A stretch of DNA of 64,000 nt, from the NCBI GenBank assembly GCA_963765375.1, contig CAVXVZ010000011.1:272956-336955 (forward strand), read 5' to 3'. The position numbers were made by a program, and so were the translations under genes. Positions 48,079 through 56,708 of this stretch are shown piece after piece. The notes beneath the pieces were generated by a model. It was not told the origin of the DNA, made no database searches, and saw only the letters and a program-made list of their open reading frames with translations. The first letter of the stretch is position 1. The number at the start of each line of letters is the position of its first letter. Source of the stretch: an uncultured Alphaproteobacteria bacterium. GTDB taxonomy: Bacteria; Pseudomonadota; Alphaproteobacteria; Rhizobiales; Beijerinckiaceae.

Positions 48079-49131
48079 ATGGCAGGAACAGTGATTTTCC
48101 TCGGCGCGGGCGCCACGAAATCCTGCGGCGGGCCTCTGACCAGCGAGATTCTACCCATGGTCTTGGGTGCGCCAGACCCCCAATCCTCGGCGCTCTCCGA
48201 CTTCCTCACTGAGCTTTTTCACGTCAATCCAAGGACGCCGCAGGACCAGTTTCCCGGCCTTCCGTTGGTCATGAGCCTGCTCGACACCGCTCTCGAACGC
48301 CGCCAGGATTTTCATCCCCAGTGGGACCGGCAGAGGGTCTCCGAGGTGAGGCAGACCATCGAGCTTCGGATGTTCGACCTTCTCGAAGAAAAGCTCTTCA
48401 AGGCGACTACAAACAATCATTGGGATCTGTTGCAAAAGGTCTATCCGTCTCCCGCGACCCCCTGCGTTGTCAGCACCAACTATGACCTGGTCATCGACAC
48501 CGCAATAATGTTCGCGAGCGAGGACCGGACGCCCGAAGGGGGACTGCCGGACTACCGCATTCAGATCCAAACTCCATTCTACAACGAGTGCGCGCATTTC
48601 GGCACTCTGCTGAAACTGCACGGGTCCCTGAACTGGCTCTATTGCCGCACCTGCCAGCGGGTCGAAATCGGCGCGTCGGAGGTAAGGAAATATCTCAAGG
48701 CGCTCCAGCGCCTGGTCGGCCCGTCGCTCGAGCAGTCCTACTCCAGGGGCGGCAATCCATGCCCTTCCTGCAATACCCGGATGCGTCCGCTGCTGATCGC
48801 GCCAACCCACCTGAAGGACTACCGCAACCCGCATCTGGCCCAGGTCTGGTACGAGGCGGAGCGGGTGTTGCGGGAGGCCGACCGCGCCATCTTCATTGGC
48901 TACAGCCTGCCGGACGACGATGTCGAGGTCGTCTACCTGCTCAAGCGCAGCCTGGCGCACCTCACGCCTGACCGCATTACGGTCGTGGAATACGATCTGG
49001 CCATGCCCTCTCTTGCGAACCACGCGGTCGGGCGCCGGTACCGGACGCTCTTCGGCGACGGAATCGACTGGCGCCCCGAAGGTCTCGATGGGTGGCTGCC
49101 GCAGGCCCGACCATCCTCCGCCAGAGCTTAG
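48079..49131 (+). CDS. SIR2_2-type (sirtuin-fold) protein with a four-Cys zinc-ribbon insert, stand-alone
   Basis: ATG at 48079 with GGAGAG 9 nt upstream (the track start is 48058). Motifs are VIFLGAGATKSCGGP, CVVSTNYDLVID, LLKLHGSLNW (catalytic His context), CRTCQ...CPSCN and AIFIGYSLPDDD. Some lines in the gene are about 45 % GC. Confidence 0.8.
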   Translation: MAGTVIFLGAGATKSCGGPLTSEILPMVLGAPDPQSSALSDFLTELFHVNPRTPQDQFPGLPLVMSLLDTALERRQDFHPQWDRQRVSEVRQTIELRMFDLLEEKLFKATTNNHWDLLQKVYPSPATPCVVSTNYDLVIDTAIMFASEDRTPEGGLPDYRIQIQTPFYNECAHFGTLLKLHGSLNWLYCRTCQRVEIGASEVRKYLKALQRLVGPSLEQSYSRGGNPCPSCNTRMRPLLIAPTHLKDYRNPHLAQVWYEAERVLREADRAIFIGYSLPDDDVEVVYLLKRSLAHLTPDRITVVEYDLAMPSLANHAVGRRYRTLFGDGIDWRPEGLDGWLPQARPSSARA

Positions 49132-49212
49132 TCGCGGTTGGAGCGTGGGCGGAAGCCATCCCGTTTCCGGGTATCGCTTCCGCCCTTCGCGTCGGGGGCT
49201 AGACCAAGCCGC

Positions 49213-50202
49213 TCAGTTGCCCATCATCGACTTGGCGTTGTCGGGCGTGATCGCCGTCGTCGGCACGGTCACCGTCGTCGGCACGCTCTCGGCGCAGTCG
49301 AGCAGGATGGACTTCGCCATGTCGATCGCCTGCGGGCCGCCGGTCGGGTAAGTGAACGTCGCCGCCCACTCGCCTTCGGCGACCGCGCGAATGCCGCCCG
49401 CCGGTCCCGGAAGGCCGTCGGTGCCGAGGATCTTGATGTCGCCGTCCTTCTTGCCGGCGCCTTTCGCCGCCAGGCGCGCGCCGGCCGCCATCATGTCGTT
49501 GCTCGCATAAAGCGCCTGGATGTTCGGATGGGCCTGGAGCATCGCGGCGAAGGCGGTCTGGGCTTTGTCCGGCAGCCAGTCGGCGGCCTGCTCGGCGACC
49601 ACCTGGATCTTCGCATTGCCCTTGACGCCGTCCTTGAAGCCGTTGAGCCGCTCGACCGCCGGGGTTGAACTCGGCAGCCCCTCCAGCACCGCGACCTCGC
49701 CGCCGCCGGGAAGCAGCTTCTCGGCGACATAGTGCCCGGCCTCCTGGGCGATCTTGAAATTGTCGCCGCCGATGAAGGCGGTGTATTCCTTGCCAGCATC
49801 GCCTACGCTCCTGCGATCCAGTTCGATCACCGGAATGCCGGCCTTCATCGCCCGCGCGACGACGGGGGTGAGCGGCGCGGCCTCGAACGGCGAGATCAAA
49901 ATCAGATCGACCTTCTGGGTGATGAAATTGTCCATCTGCGAGGTTTGCGTATTCACGTTGCCGGCGCCGTCGGCGATCTGGAGCGTGAATTGCGGAACCT
50001 TCTTCGCCGCCGCGGTCAATTCGTCGTTGACGTGCTGACGGTAGGGCTCGGCGTTGTTGGCCTGCGAGAAGCCGATGACGTAATTGCCGTTCTTGCCGCA
50101 GTCCTTGACGAGGGGCGCCGCGTTCGCCGCGCCGACGGCGAGCGCAAGCGCTCCCGCGCCCAGCATCAGCGCCGTGGGTCTTTTCGATAGTGCAAAGGCC
50201 AT
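49213..50202 (-). CDS. Ribose-type sugar ABC transporter substrate-binding protein
   Basis: ATG at 50202 with GGGAGAG upstream (MAFALSKRPTALMLGAGALALAVGAANA). It continues YVIGFSQANNAEPYRQH... with a periplasmic binding protein fold I pattern. Confidence 0.85.
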   Translation of the reverse strand: MAFALSKRPTALMLGAGALALAVGAANAAPLVKDCGKNGNYVIGFSQANNAEPYRQHVNDELTAAAKKVPQFTLQIADGAGNVNTQTSQMDNFITQKVDLILISPFEAAPLTPVVARAMKAGIPVIELDRRSVGDAGKEYTAFIGGDNFKIAQEAGHYVAEKLLPGGGEVAVLEGLPSSTPAVERLNGFKDGVKGNAKIQVVAEQAADWLPDKAQTAFAAMLQAHPNIQALYASNDMMAAGARLAAKGAGKKDGDIKILGTDGLPGPAGGIRAVAEGEWAATFTYPTGGPQAIDMAKSILLDCAESVPTTVTVPTTAITPDNAKSMMGN

Positions 50203-50315
50203 GAGTCTCTCCCTTGGGTTGTCCATGTCAGTGAAGGCTCCCGACTGCCGTCGGATAAGCGATCGCGGCGATGCATGGGCCATTTCCGCGAACTCGTTGT
50301 TGCGCCGCCTGAAGT

Positions 50316-51368
50316 TCATCGTGCCAATCCCTCGCGGCGACGGACGAGAGACTGAAGAACCGCGGCGAGCACGATGATCGCGCCGGTGGCGAGCAATTGC
50401 AGGGCCGCGTTGATGTTGTTGAGCTGGAGCACGTTGGCGAGCGCGCCGAGCATGACCGCGCCGGCGACCGTGCCGACCATCGAGCCTGCGCCGCCGAAGA
50501 GGCTCGTGCCGCCGATGACGACGGCGGCGATCGCGGTCAGTTCGTAGCCCGTGCCGTCGTTGGCGCTGCCGAAATTGAACTGCCCGGCGTGGACGACGCC
50601 CGCGATCGCGGAGACGAGGCCGGTGATGGCGTAGACTGAAATCTTGACCGCCGTCACCGGCACGCCGGACAGGCGCGCGGCGCGCTCGTTGCCGCCGACG
50701 GCGAAGACATAGCGGCCGAAGCGGGTGAAGTTGAGGACGAAAGTGGCGATGGCCGCGACGACCACGAACACCAGCGTCGCAACCGGCACGATGTTGTTGA
50801 ACAGGCGGTCGCCGAGAATCGCGAACACCGGCGGCGCGAGCCCAGGCCCATTGCCATAGGAGATATTGATGTACTGGTTGCCCGAGATGACGAGCGCAAG
50901 TCCGCGCGCGACCTGAAGCCCGGCGAGGGTGACGATGAACGGCTCGAGCCGGAACCGGGTCGAGATGACGCCCTGGACCGCGCCGAAGGCCGAGCCGCAG
51001 GCGACGACGAACAGGATCGTCGGGATCAGCCCCCAGCCGGCGGTGGTCATGATCGTTGCGGTCAATACGCTCGAAAGGCTGAGCAGCGCGCCGACCGAAA
51101 GGTCAATTCCGGCGGTGATGATGACGAAGGTCATGCCCACGGCGATGATCCCCGTCTCGGATACCGCGCGCACGATGTTGGCGATGTTGTCGGGAGCGAG
51201 AAAAAGGATGTGGCCATGCCGGCGCGGCGAAAAGATGATGCCGCCGATCGCCACCACGACGAGGCCGATGACGCTCTGAAAGCGGACCGCGATGGCGAAG
51301 AGATCGATCCGGCGCCAGCCGGGGGACGGCGTTGCGGAATCTGCGCGCGCAGGCGCGGCCTCATTCAT
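50316..51368 (-). CDS. Ribose-type sugar ABC transporter permease (RbsC/AraH family)
   Basis: 350 aa, polytopic. It has ITAGIDLSVGALLSLSSVL and TGGTSLFGGAGSMVGTVAGAVMLG. Its start overlaps the ATPase stop. Confidence 0.88.
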   Translation of the reverse strand: MNEAAPARADSATPSPGWRRIDLFAIAVRFQSVIGLVVVAIGGIIFSPRRHGHILFLAPDNIANIVRAVSETGIIAVGMTFVIITAGIDLSVGALLSLSSVLTATIMTTAGWGLIPTILFVVACGSAFGAVQGVISTRFRLEPFIVTLAGLQVARGLALVISGNQYINISYGNGPGLAPPVFAILGDRLFNNIVPVATLVFVVVAAIATFVLNFTRFGRYVFAVGGNERAARLSGVPVTAVKISVYAITGLVSAIAGVVHAGQFNFGSANDGTGYELTAIAAVVIGGTSLFGGAGSMVGTVAGAVMLGALANVLQLNNINAALQLLATGAIIVLAAVLQSLVRRREGLAR

Positions 51369-52906
51369 TTGGCGTCATCCAGATTTGTCTCGGCTGCGGC
51401 GAGAACCTCGTGCTCATCGGCGCCGCCCGGAAACTCGGCCACCGTATGGCCGCGTCTCAAGACCACGACCCGATCGCATAAGCCGAGCAGCTCCGGCATC
51501 TCGCTCGAAGCGATCAGCACCCCGAGCCCTTGCCCCGCCAGTTCGCGGATGCGGGCGTAGATCTCGCCCTTGGCGCCGACATCGACGCCGCGCGTCGGCT
51601 CGTCCAGGAGCAAGAGCCTCGGTCCGCCGAGCACCTCCTTGGCCAGCACGACCTTCTGCTGATTGCCGCCCGAGAGCGCCCCGACCGCAACCTCCGGCAT
51701 TGCCGGGCGGACGTCGAAGGAGCGGATCGCCTTGCGGGCGAGCTCGTCCTCGCGCGGCTTCGACATCAGGAACAACGGCGAGACCTTGCGCAAAACCGAC
51801 ATCACCAGGTTCCGCCCGACGCTGTCGCGCAGCATGAGGCCGCTGCCGCGCCGATCGTCGGTGACGAAGCCCAGGCCCTCGCCGCGCGCGTCGCGGATCG
51901 AGGCAAGGCGAGCCACCTTTCCGTCGATTTCGACCACGCCGGACCAGCGGCCGGGACCGGCCGCGCCATAGAGCGCGGTCAAAAGCTCCGTACGGCCGGC
52001 GCCCATGATGCCCGCGAGGCCGACGATCTCCCCTGCGCGCACCTCGAGGGAGACGCCATTCGGCGCCTGCCAGCCGGCGCGGGCCCGCTTCGGCCGATAG
52101 CGCGCACCCTCAAGATGCAGCACGCGGCGCCCGAACGCGCCGCTGCGACGCGGATAGAGTTCGTTCAGCGGCCGGCCGACCAGCAGGCGAACGAGCTCCG
52201 ACTGCGGCGCCCGCGCCGAGGCGATTCCGGCGATCTGGCCATCGCGCAGCACCGTCACCCGATCGGCGACGCGCGGCACTTCCTCGAGCCGGTGCGAGAT
52301 ATAGACGATGCCGACGCCGCGGCCGGCGATCTCGCGCATCACCGAAAACAGCCGTTCGACTTCCGCCGCGGTGAGCGCGGCGGTCGGCTCGTCCATGATC
52401 AGGATCCGCGAGGCGTAGGTCAGCGCCTTGGCGATGGCGACGATTTGCCTGCGCCCGACCGAGAGCTCGCCGACCGGCTGATCGACGTCGATCTCGACTC
52501 CGACCGCTTCGAGGCGGGTGCGGGCCAAGCGCCGCATCGCCACCCGATCGAGCACGCCCGCGCGGGTCAGCTCCCGCCCGAGGAAGAGGTTGGCGGTGAC
52601 GTCGAGGCTCGGCACGAGATCGAGCTCCTGGAAGATGGTCGCGACCCCGGCGCCCTGGGCGGCGCGCGGATCGGCGAAGCGCACCGCCAAGCCATCGATC
52701 CGCATCTCGCCGGCGTCGGGCTCGATCACGCCGGAGAGAATGTTCATCAGCGTCGACTTGCCGGCGCCGTTCTCGCCGAGGAGCGCATGGATCTCGCCCC
52801 GGCTGAGATCGAAATCGACGCCGCGCAGCGCCTGGACGCCGCCGAAGCGCTTGACCACGCCGTGCATGGCGAGCAGCGGCGGCGCGGCTTCGGCCGGCGC
52901 GCTCAT
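51365..52906 (-). CDS. Sugar ABC transporter ATP-binding protein, duplicated cassette (RbsA type)
   Basis: The internal ATG at 52906 (MSAPAEAAPPLLAMHGVVKRFGGVQAL...) has GGGAG 7 nt upstream. The first cassette has Walker A GENGAGKST, signature LSVGRRQIVAIAKAL and Walker B ILIMDEPTAAL. The second cassette has GIMGAGRTEL, LSGGNQQKVVLAK and LLLLDEPTRGVD. The track merges it with the upstream LacI as a 920-aa ORF. Confidence 0.88.
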   Translation of the reverse strand: MSAPAEAAPPLLAMHGVVKRFGGVQALRGVDFDLSRGEIHALLGENGAGKSTLMNILSGVIEPDAGEMRIDGLAVRFADPRAAQGAGVATIFQELDLVPSLDVTANLFLGRELTRAGVLDRVAMRRLARTRLEAVGVEIDVDQPVGELSVGRRQIVAIAKALTYASRILIMDEPTAALTAAEVERLFSVMREIAGRGVGIVYISHRLEEVPRVADRVTVLRDGQIAGIASARAPQSELVRLLVGRPLNELYPRRSGAFGRRVLHLEGARYRPKRARAGWQAPNGVSLEVRAGEIVGLAGIMGAGRTELLTALYGAAGPGRWSGVVEIDGKVARLASIRDARGEGLGFVTDDRRGSGLMLRDSVGRNLVMSVLRKVSPLFLMSKPREDELARKAIRSFDVRPAMPEVAVGALSGGNQQKVVLAKEVLGGPRLLLLDEPTRGVDVGAKGEIYARIRELAGQGLGVLIASSEMPELLGLCDRVVVLRRGHTVAEFPGGADEHEVLAAAETNLDDAK

Positions 52907-53905
52907 CTCGGGCTCCCGCAGGAGTTCGCGAAGCTTGAGCGCCGCGTCGAGGCGCACAGTGCGGCGCGCGCCCTCGGGCGCGGCGATCCGCTCCATCAGC
53001 AGGAACGCCGCCCTTCGGCCGATCTCCTCGCACGGTTGCGCAACCAGGGTGAGGCGGGGCTCGAAGCAATCCGCCCACTCGAAATCATCGAAGCCGGCGA
53101 TCGAAATGTCGGCGGGAACGTGAAGCCCGCGGGCGCGGACGGCCCGCATCGCCCCGATCGTCGCCATGTTGTTGCCGGTCACGATCGCGGTCGGCGGATC
53201 GGGCAGCGACAACAGCGCATGGGTCGCCTCCGCCGCGCTCGCGGTCGAGGCGGCGCCATTGACGAGATAGCGGTCGTCGAACGCGAGACCCAGCCGCGCG
53301 AGAGAGTCCCGGTAGCCGATGATGCGCTCGAGGGTCGTCTGGAACCCGGGATGGCCGCCGATATAGCCGATGCGGCGATGCCCGAGTCCGGCGACATAGT
53401 CGACAAGGTCGCGCATCGCCTCGCGATTGTTGACGCCGACCTGATCGAACGCGGGATCGAGGGTGCGATCGACCAGCACGCAAGGCAGCCGCGTCGCCTG
53501 CAGATAGGCGAGCGCGCGGCGCTCCGGGTCGGGGCTCGGGGCCAGAATGACGCCGTCGACCCGGCGCTGATGCAGCGCGGTCAGGACCTGAAGCTCGCGG
53601 GCCGGGTCGTCCTGGGTGTCCGAGAGGAAGATCATCATGCCGAGCCGGGCGCATTCGGTCTCGATCGCGCAGATGATATCCGTGAAGTAGGGATTGGCGA
53701 TCGCCGAAATGGCGATGCCGACTGACCGGGTTTTTGCCGTCTTCAGCGACCGCGCGACGACGTTGGGATGATAATCGGTCGCAACGATAACCGCCTTGAC
53801 GGCGCTCGCGGTCGCCGGCGAAACCCGCCGCGTGCCATTGATGACGTGCGAGACCGTCGAGACCGAGACGCCCGCCTCCCGCGCCACGTCGGCAATCGTC
53901 GCCAG
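52903..53905 (-). CDS. LacI/RbsR-family regulator. As sequenced it has no stop and reads in frame into the ABC ATPase (probable +1 frameshift near 52924).
   Basis: The HTH is ATIADVAREAGVSVSTVSHVINGTRRVS and the sugar-binding core is ...IVTGNNMATIGAMRAVRARGLHVPADISIAGFDDFEWA. There is no ATG or GTG just before the HTH; a CTG at 53905 sits 5 nt after GGGAGG. In the +1 frame the 3' end reads ...LKLRE|SCGSPR* and stops at the TGA of the ATGA overlap (52903-52905). That matches the usual LacI C-terminus (compare VVRASCGA in the other LacI here). Confidence 0.7.
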
Positions 53906-53980
53906 CGCCGCCTCCCGAACCCTCCGCCGTCCCGCCTCGCGCAGCGGCGATCTAATTTTGGTTGCGCGCCAAGGTAGCAC

Positions 53981-54008
53981 ATCGAAACGTTTGCGCAACC
54001 GTTTCGAT
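53981..54008. promoter_or_regulatory. Candidate RbsR-type operator region (ATCGAAACG-N10-CGTTTCGAT, containing CGAAACGTTTGCG)
   Basis: A perfect 9-bp inverted repeat at 53981-53989 and 54000-54008. The left part, TCGAAACGTTTGCG, resembles the E. coli RbsR box GCGAAACGTTTCGC as I remember it. It lies about 75 bp upstream of the proposed regulator start. Confidence 0.45.
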
Positions 54009-54213
54009 GCTTGTCGCGTCGATCGTGGCGGAATCGGCGAAGCCGGTGCAGTTCCTCGGTTTTGTGGCGAAATCCGAATCGGGAATGTCCGAGATAGCGG
54101 GCCTCTGGTTATTCGTCGCGCCGACAAAGCGGCGCGCAGCTTGTGCCCAACCTCACTTACGCTTAGCGGCGGCTCAAGCTATTCGGAAGAACCTGGGATG
54201 GAGATTTTGTAGC

Positions 54214-54744
54214 ATGGCGAAGCTCGTCTTCGGATTGAACCAGTCCCTGGACGGCTACGTCGACCACCTGGAATTTGCGCCTGGTCCCTCGCTCTTTCGT
54301 CACTTCATCGAGCAAGTGCGCGACCTGACCGGCAGTGTGTACGGTCGCCGGATGTACCAGGTCATGCGCTATTGGGACGAAGACCTTGCTGAATGGGGCG
54401 CGGAGGAACGCGACTTCGCGGCGGCGTGGCGGAGCCAACCGAAGTGGGTCGTGTCGCGCTCGTTGAAGTCGGTCGGCCCCAACGCCACACTTGTCGAGGA
54501 TGACGTCGAGGCGGTGATACGCGGGCTGAAGGCTCGGCTCGTTGGGGAGATTCAAGTTGGCGGACCCGACCTGGCGCGAAGCTTAACCGACCTTGGTCTT
54601 ATTGATGAGTATCGACTTTACTTCCGCCCCCTCGTGCTTGGTCGCGGCAAGCCATTCTTCGCTGGCCCCCGGCCGCCGCTCCGCCTTGTGGCCAGCGATT
54701 TAATCGGCGAGGACGCGATCAGGTTGACGTACGTTCCTGCCTAA
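54214..54744 (+). CDS. Dihydrofolate reductase-like (RibD C-terminal domain) family protein
   Basis: ATG at 54214 (MAKLVFGLNQSLDGYVDH...), 176 aa. The motifs SLDGY, GRRMYQVM and YRLYFRPLVLGRGKPFF are typical of the YwjB/RibD_C family. Confidence 0.8.
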   Translation: MAKLVFGLNQSLDGYVDHLEFAPGPSLFRHFIEQVRDLTGSVYGRRMYQVMRYWDEDLAEWGAEERDFAAAWRSQPKWVVSRSLKSVGPNATLVEDDVEAVIRGLKARLVGEIQVGGPDLARSLTDLGLIDEYRLYFRPLVLGRGKPFFAGPRPPLRLVASDLIGEDAIRLTYVPA

Positions 54745-54984
54745 TCAGGCAACTCGCCCGACGGGTCGCGCCGACGCGTCGGGTCCGCTTTGGGTCGGAA
54801 GCAGGGATCTCTGATTCGGTTTTGACCCCAGGGCCAATCAAGAACCCCAGCGGTGGGCAGACTCGCTCCGGGATGAGGGCCGTTCCCCGAAATGGCCAGA
54901 TTCCGCTGGTAGCCGCCGACCCCGCCGAAAGCCATGGCCGATTCGAGCCGGCGCGAGCGAGCCCCGAGCGAACCGATCGCAAGA

Positions 54985-56019
54985 ATGAACCCGTTCCGTC
55001 TCCCGACCCGCGCCCTGCTCGTGACGCTGACCCTGTGCGCGCTTGGCGCGCATGCGGCGCCCGTGGATCGGTCGGTCCGCGTCACCCCCGACAATTTCCC
55101 GCGGGCCGAGTCGGACCTCGTTTTCAGCGGCATCGTCAAGGACGGCGGCTTCGGCAAATTCATGCATCGCCGCGAGCCGACGCCGATCGCCAGGCAGACC
55201 GTCATCCGGATGAACCGGGACACGCTCTATTCGGCGGCGGTGTTCGATCTTGACGCCGGTCCGGTCACGATCGCGCTTCCGGACCCGGGAAAGCGCTTCC
55301 TGTCGATGCAGGTGATCGACGAAGACGAATACACGCCCGAGGTCGTCTACGGCGCCGGCGTCCGTACGCTGGCCAAAGAGGAGATCGGCACGCGCTATGT
55401 CGTCGCCGCGGTCCGCATCCTGGTCGACCCGGATGATCCGAAGGACGTTGAAACCGTCCGGGCGCTGCAGGACGCGATCAAGGTCAGCCAGCCCGGCGGG
55501 CCGGGGACTTTCAAGATCCCCAATTGGGACGCTTCGAGCCAGATCAAGGTGCGCGACGCCCTGCTCGCGCTCGCCGCGACCGTTCCCGACACCAAGGGCA
55601 TGTTCGGCCCGCGCGGGAAAGTTGACCCGGTGCGCCATCTGATCGGATCGGCCGCCGCTTGGGGCGGCAATCCCGAACAGGACGCCCTCTATTTGAACGT
55701 CACGCCTGCCCACAACGACGGCAAGACCGTCTACAAGCTCAGCGTCAAGGACGTTCCCGTCGACGGCTTCTGGTCGATCAGCGTCTACGACGGCGGGGGC
55801 CATTTCGTCCCCAATCCGCAAAACGCATATTCGCTCAACGACATCACTGCCAAGCCGAGCGAGGACGGCTCGTTCGCCGTCCAGTTCGGCGGCTGCGACG
55901 GCAAGATCGTGAATTGCCTCCCCACTCCAGCCGGATGGAGCTACTTGGTGCGCCTTTACCGCCCGCGGCCCGAGGTCCTGAGCGGCGCGTGGACACTTCC
56001 CGAGGCGCAGGCGCGATAA
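54985..56019 (+). CDS. Secreted DUF1254/DUF1214-domain protein
   Basis: ATG at 54985 with signal peptide MNPFRLPTRALLVTLTLCALGAHA. It has VTPDNFPRAESDLVF, MNRDTLYSAAVFDL and FLSMQVIDEDEYT (DUF1254-like). It also has WGGNPEQDALYLN and GFWSISVYD...GWSYLVRLYRPR (DUF1214-like). Confidence 0.75.
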   Translation: MNPFRLPTRALLVTLTLCALGAHAAPVDRSVRVTPDNFPRAESDLVFSGIVKDGGFGKFMHRREPTPIARQTVIRMNRDTLYSAAVFDLDAGPVTIALPDPGKRFLSMQVIDEDEYTPEVVYGAGVRTLAKEEIGTRYVVAAVRILVDPDDPKDVETVRALQDAIKVSQPGGPGTFKIPNWDASSQIKVRDALLALAATVPDTKGMFGPRGKVDPVRHLIGSAAAWGGNPEQDALYLNVTPAHNDGKTVYKLSVKDVPVDGFWSISVYDGGGHFVPNPQNAYSLNDITAKPSEDGSFAVQFGGCDGKIVNCLPTPAGWSYLVRLYRPRPEVLSGAWTLPEAQAR

Positions 56020-56029
56020 GGGCGCCGGT

Positions 56030-56399
56030 CGGCGCCCACGGCTCGCGCCGGGCGGGCGCAGTCGCCGCGAGCGCGCGACGAGGTCGTCGAGCATCGTCGA
56101 GACGTTGGACTTCGCCGCGGTCATCGCCCGCATGCGTGCGCTCGACGGCGTGGATCTCGGCCGACGGCTCGGGCGTCGCGTGGACGAGGCTGACCCGCGT
56201 CGCCCGCCCACCGGCCCGCCCGCGGCGTGCGACCGATCGCCGCGCCTCAGACCCGTCGTCGGCTCGAGCGCGATCGCGCGCGCCGACCGGGCGTCGAGCT
56301 GGGCCTGGATTTCGGCGGCGGGCCATCCTCGAACACGAGGTCGACCACCGCGCCGCGAATCGCCGCCACCCGGCCCTCGACTTGGCCCGCTCCGGCCAT
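56030..56399 (-). pseudogene. Relic of an F-type ATPase beta subunit N-terminus (alternative/N-ATPase AtpD-like), frameshifted and truncated
   Basis: From the ATG at 56399 I read MAGAGQVEGRVAAIRGAVVDLVFEDGPPP. After a frame change it continues EIQAQLDARSARAIALEPTTGLRRGDRSHAAGGPV. This mirrors the beta-barrel N-domain pattern GRVVAVRGAVIDVAFDGG.LP.L...VRALAL.PT.GLRRG..V.ATGGP that I recall for AtpD2 proteins. No P-loop domain follows, because the convergent gene ends at 56019. Confidence 0.4.
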
Positions 56400-56708
56400 T
56401 GAACGCCTCCCCGCATTTGGCGAAGCCTCCGCCGTTTCGCACGTCGGCGCGACCGCGCGAAGCGTGACATCCCGCCGCCAGGCGGCAGGGCAGCGGCGCA
56501 GAGCCGTAATTTGTTGACATTTTCGCGATTTGATCTATGGGGGAAACGCGCCGAGAGCGAATGAAGGCTCCGGAGCCGCATCGGCGAGCGCTTCGCGCCG
56601 AGGCGGGGCGCGAGGCTTGCGCGCCGGGACCCACGAACACATTGACGCGGGTCCACGAGGCCTCCATATGACAACCAGCGAATGCGAAGCATTCGCGTTA
56701 AGCGAGAA

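Noticed and set aside
51365-54127. The full 920-aa ORF starting at 54127 as the true gene model
   Set aside because: The first roughly 70 codons (MSARRITRGPLSRTFPIRISPQNRG...) run across the operator palindrome and are Arg/Pro-rich. The regulator domain starts only at about 53905, and the ATPase has its own SD and ATG. The ORF is a concatenation caused by a missing stop.
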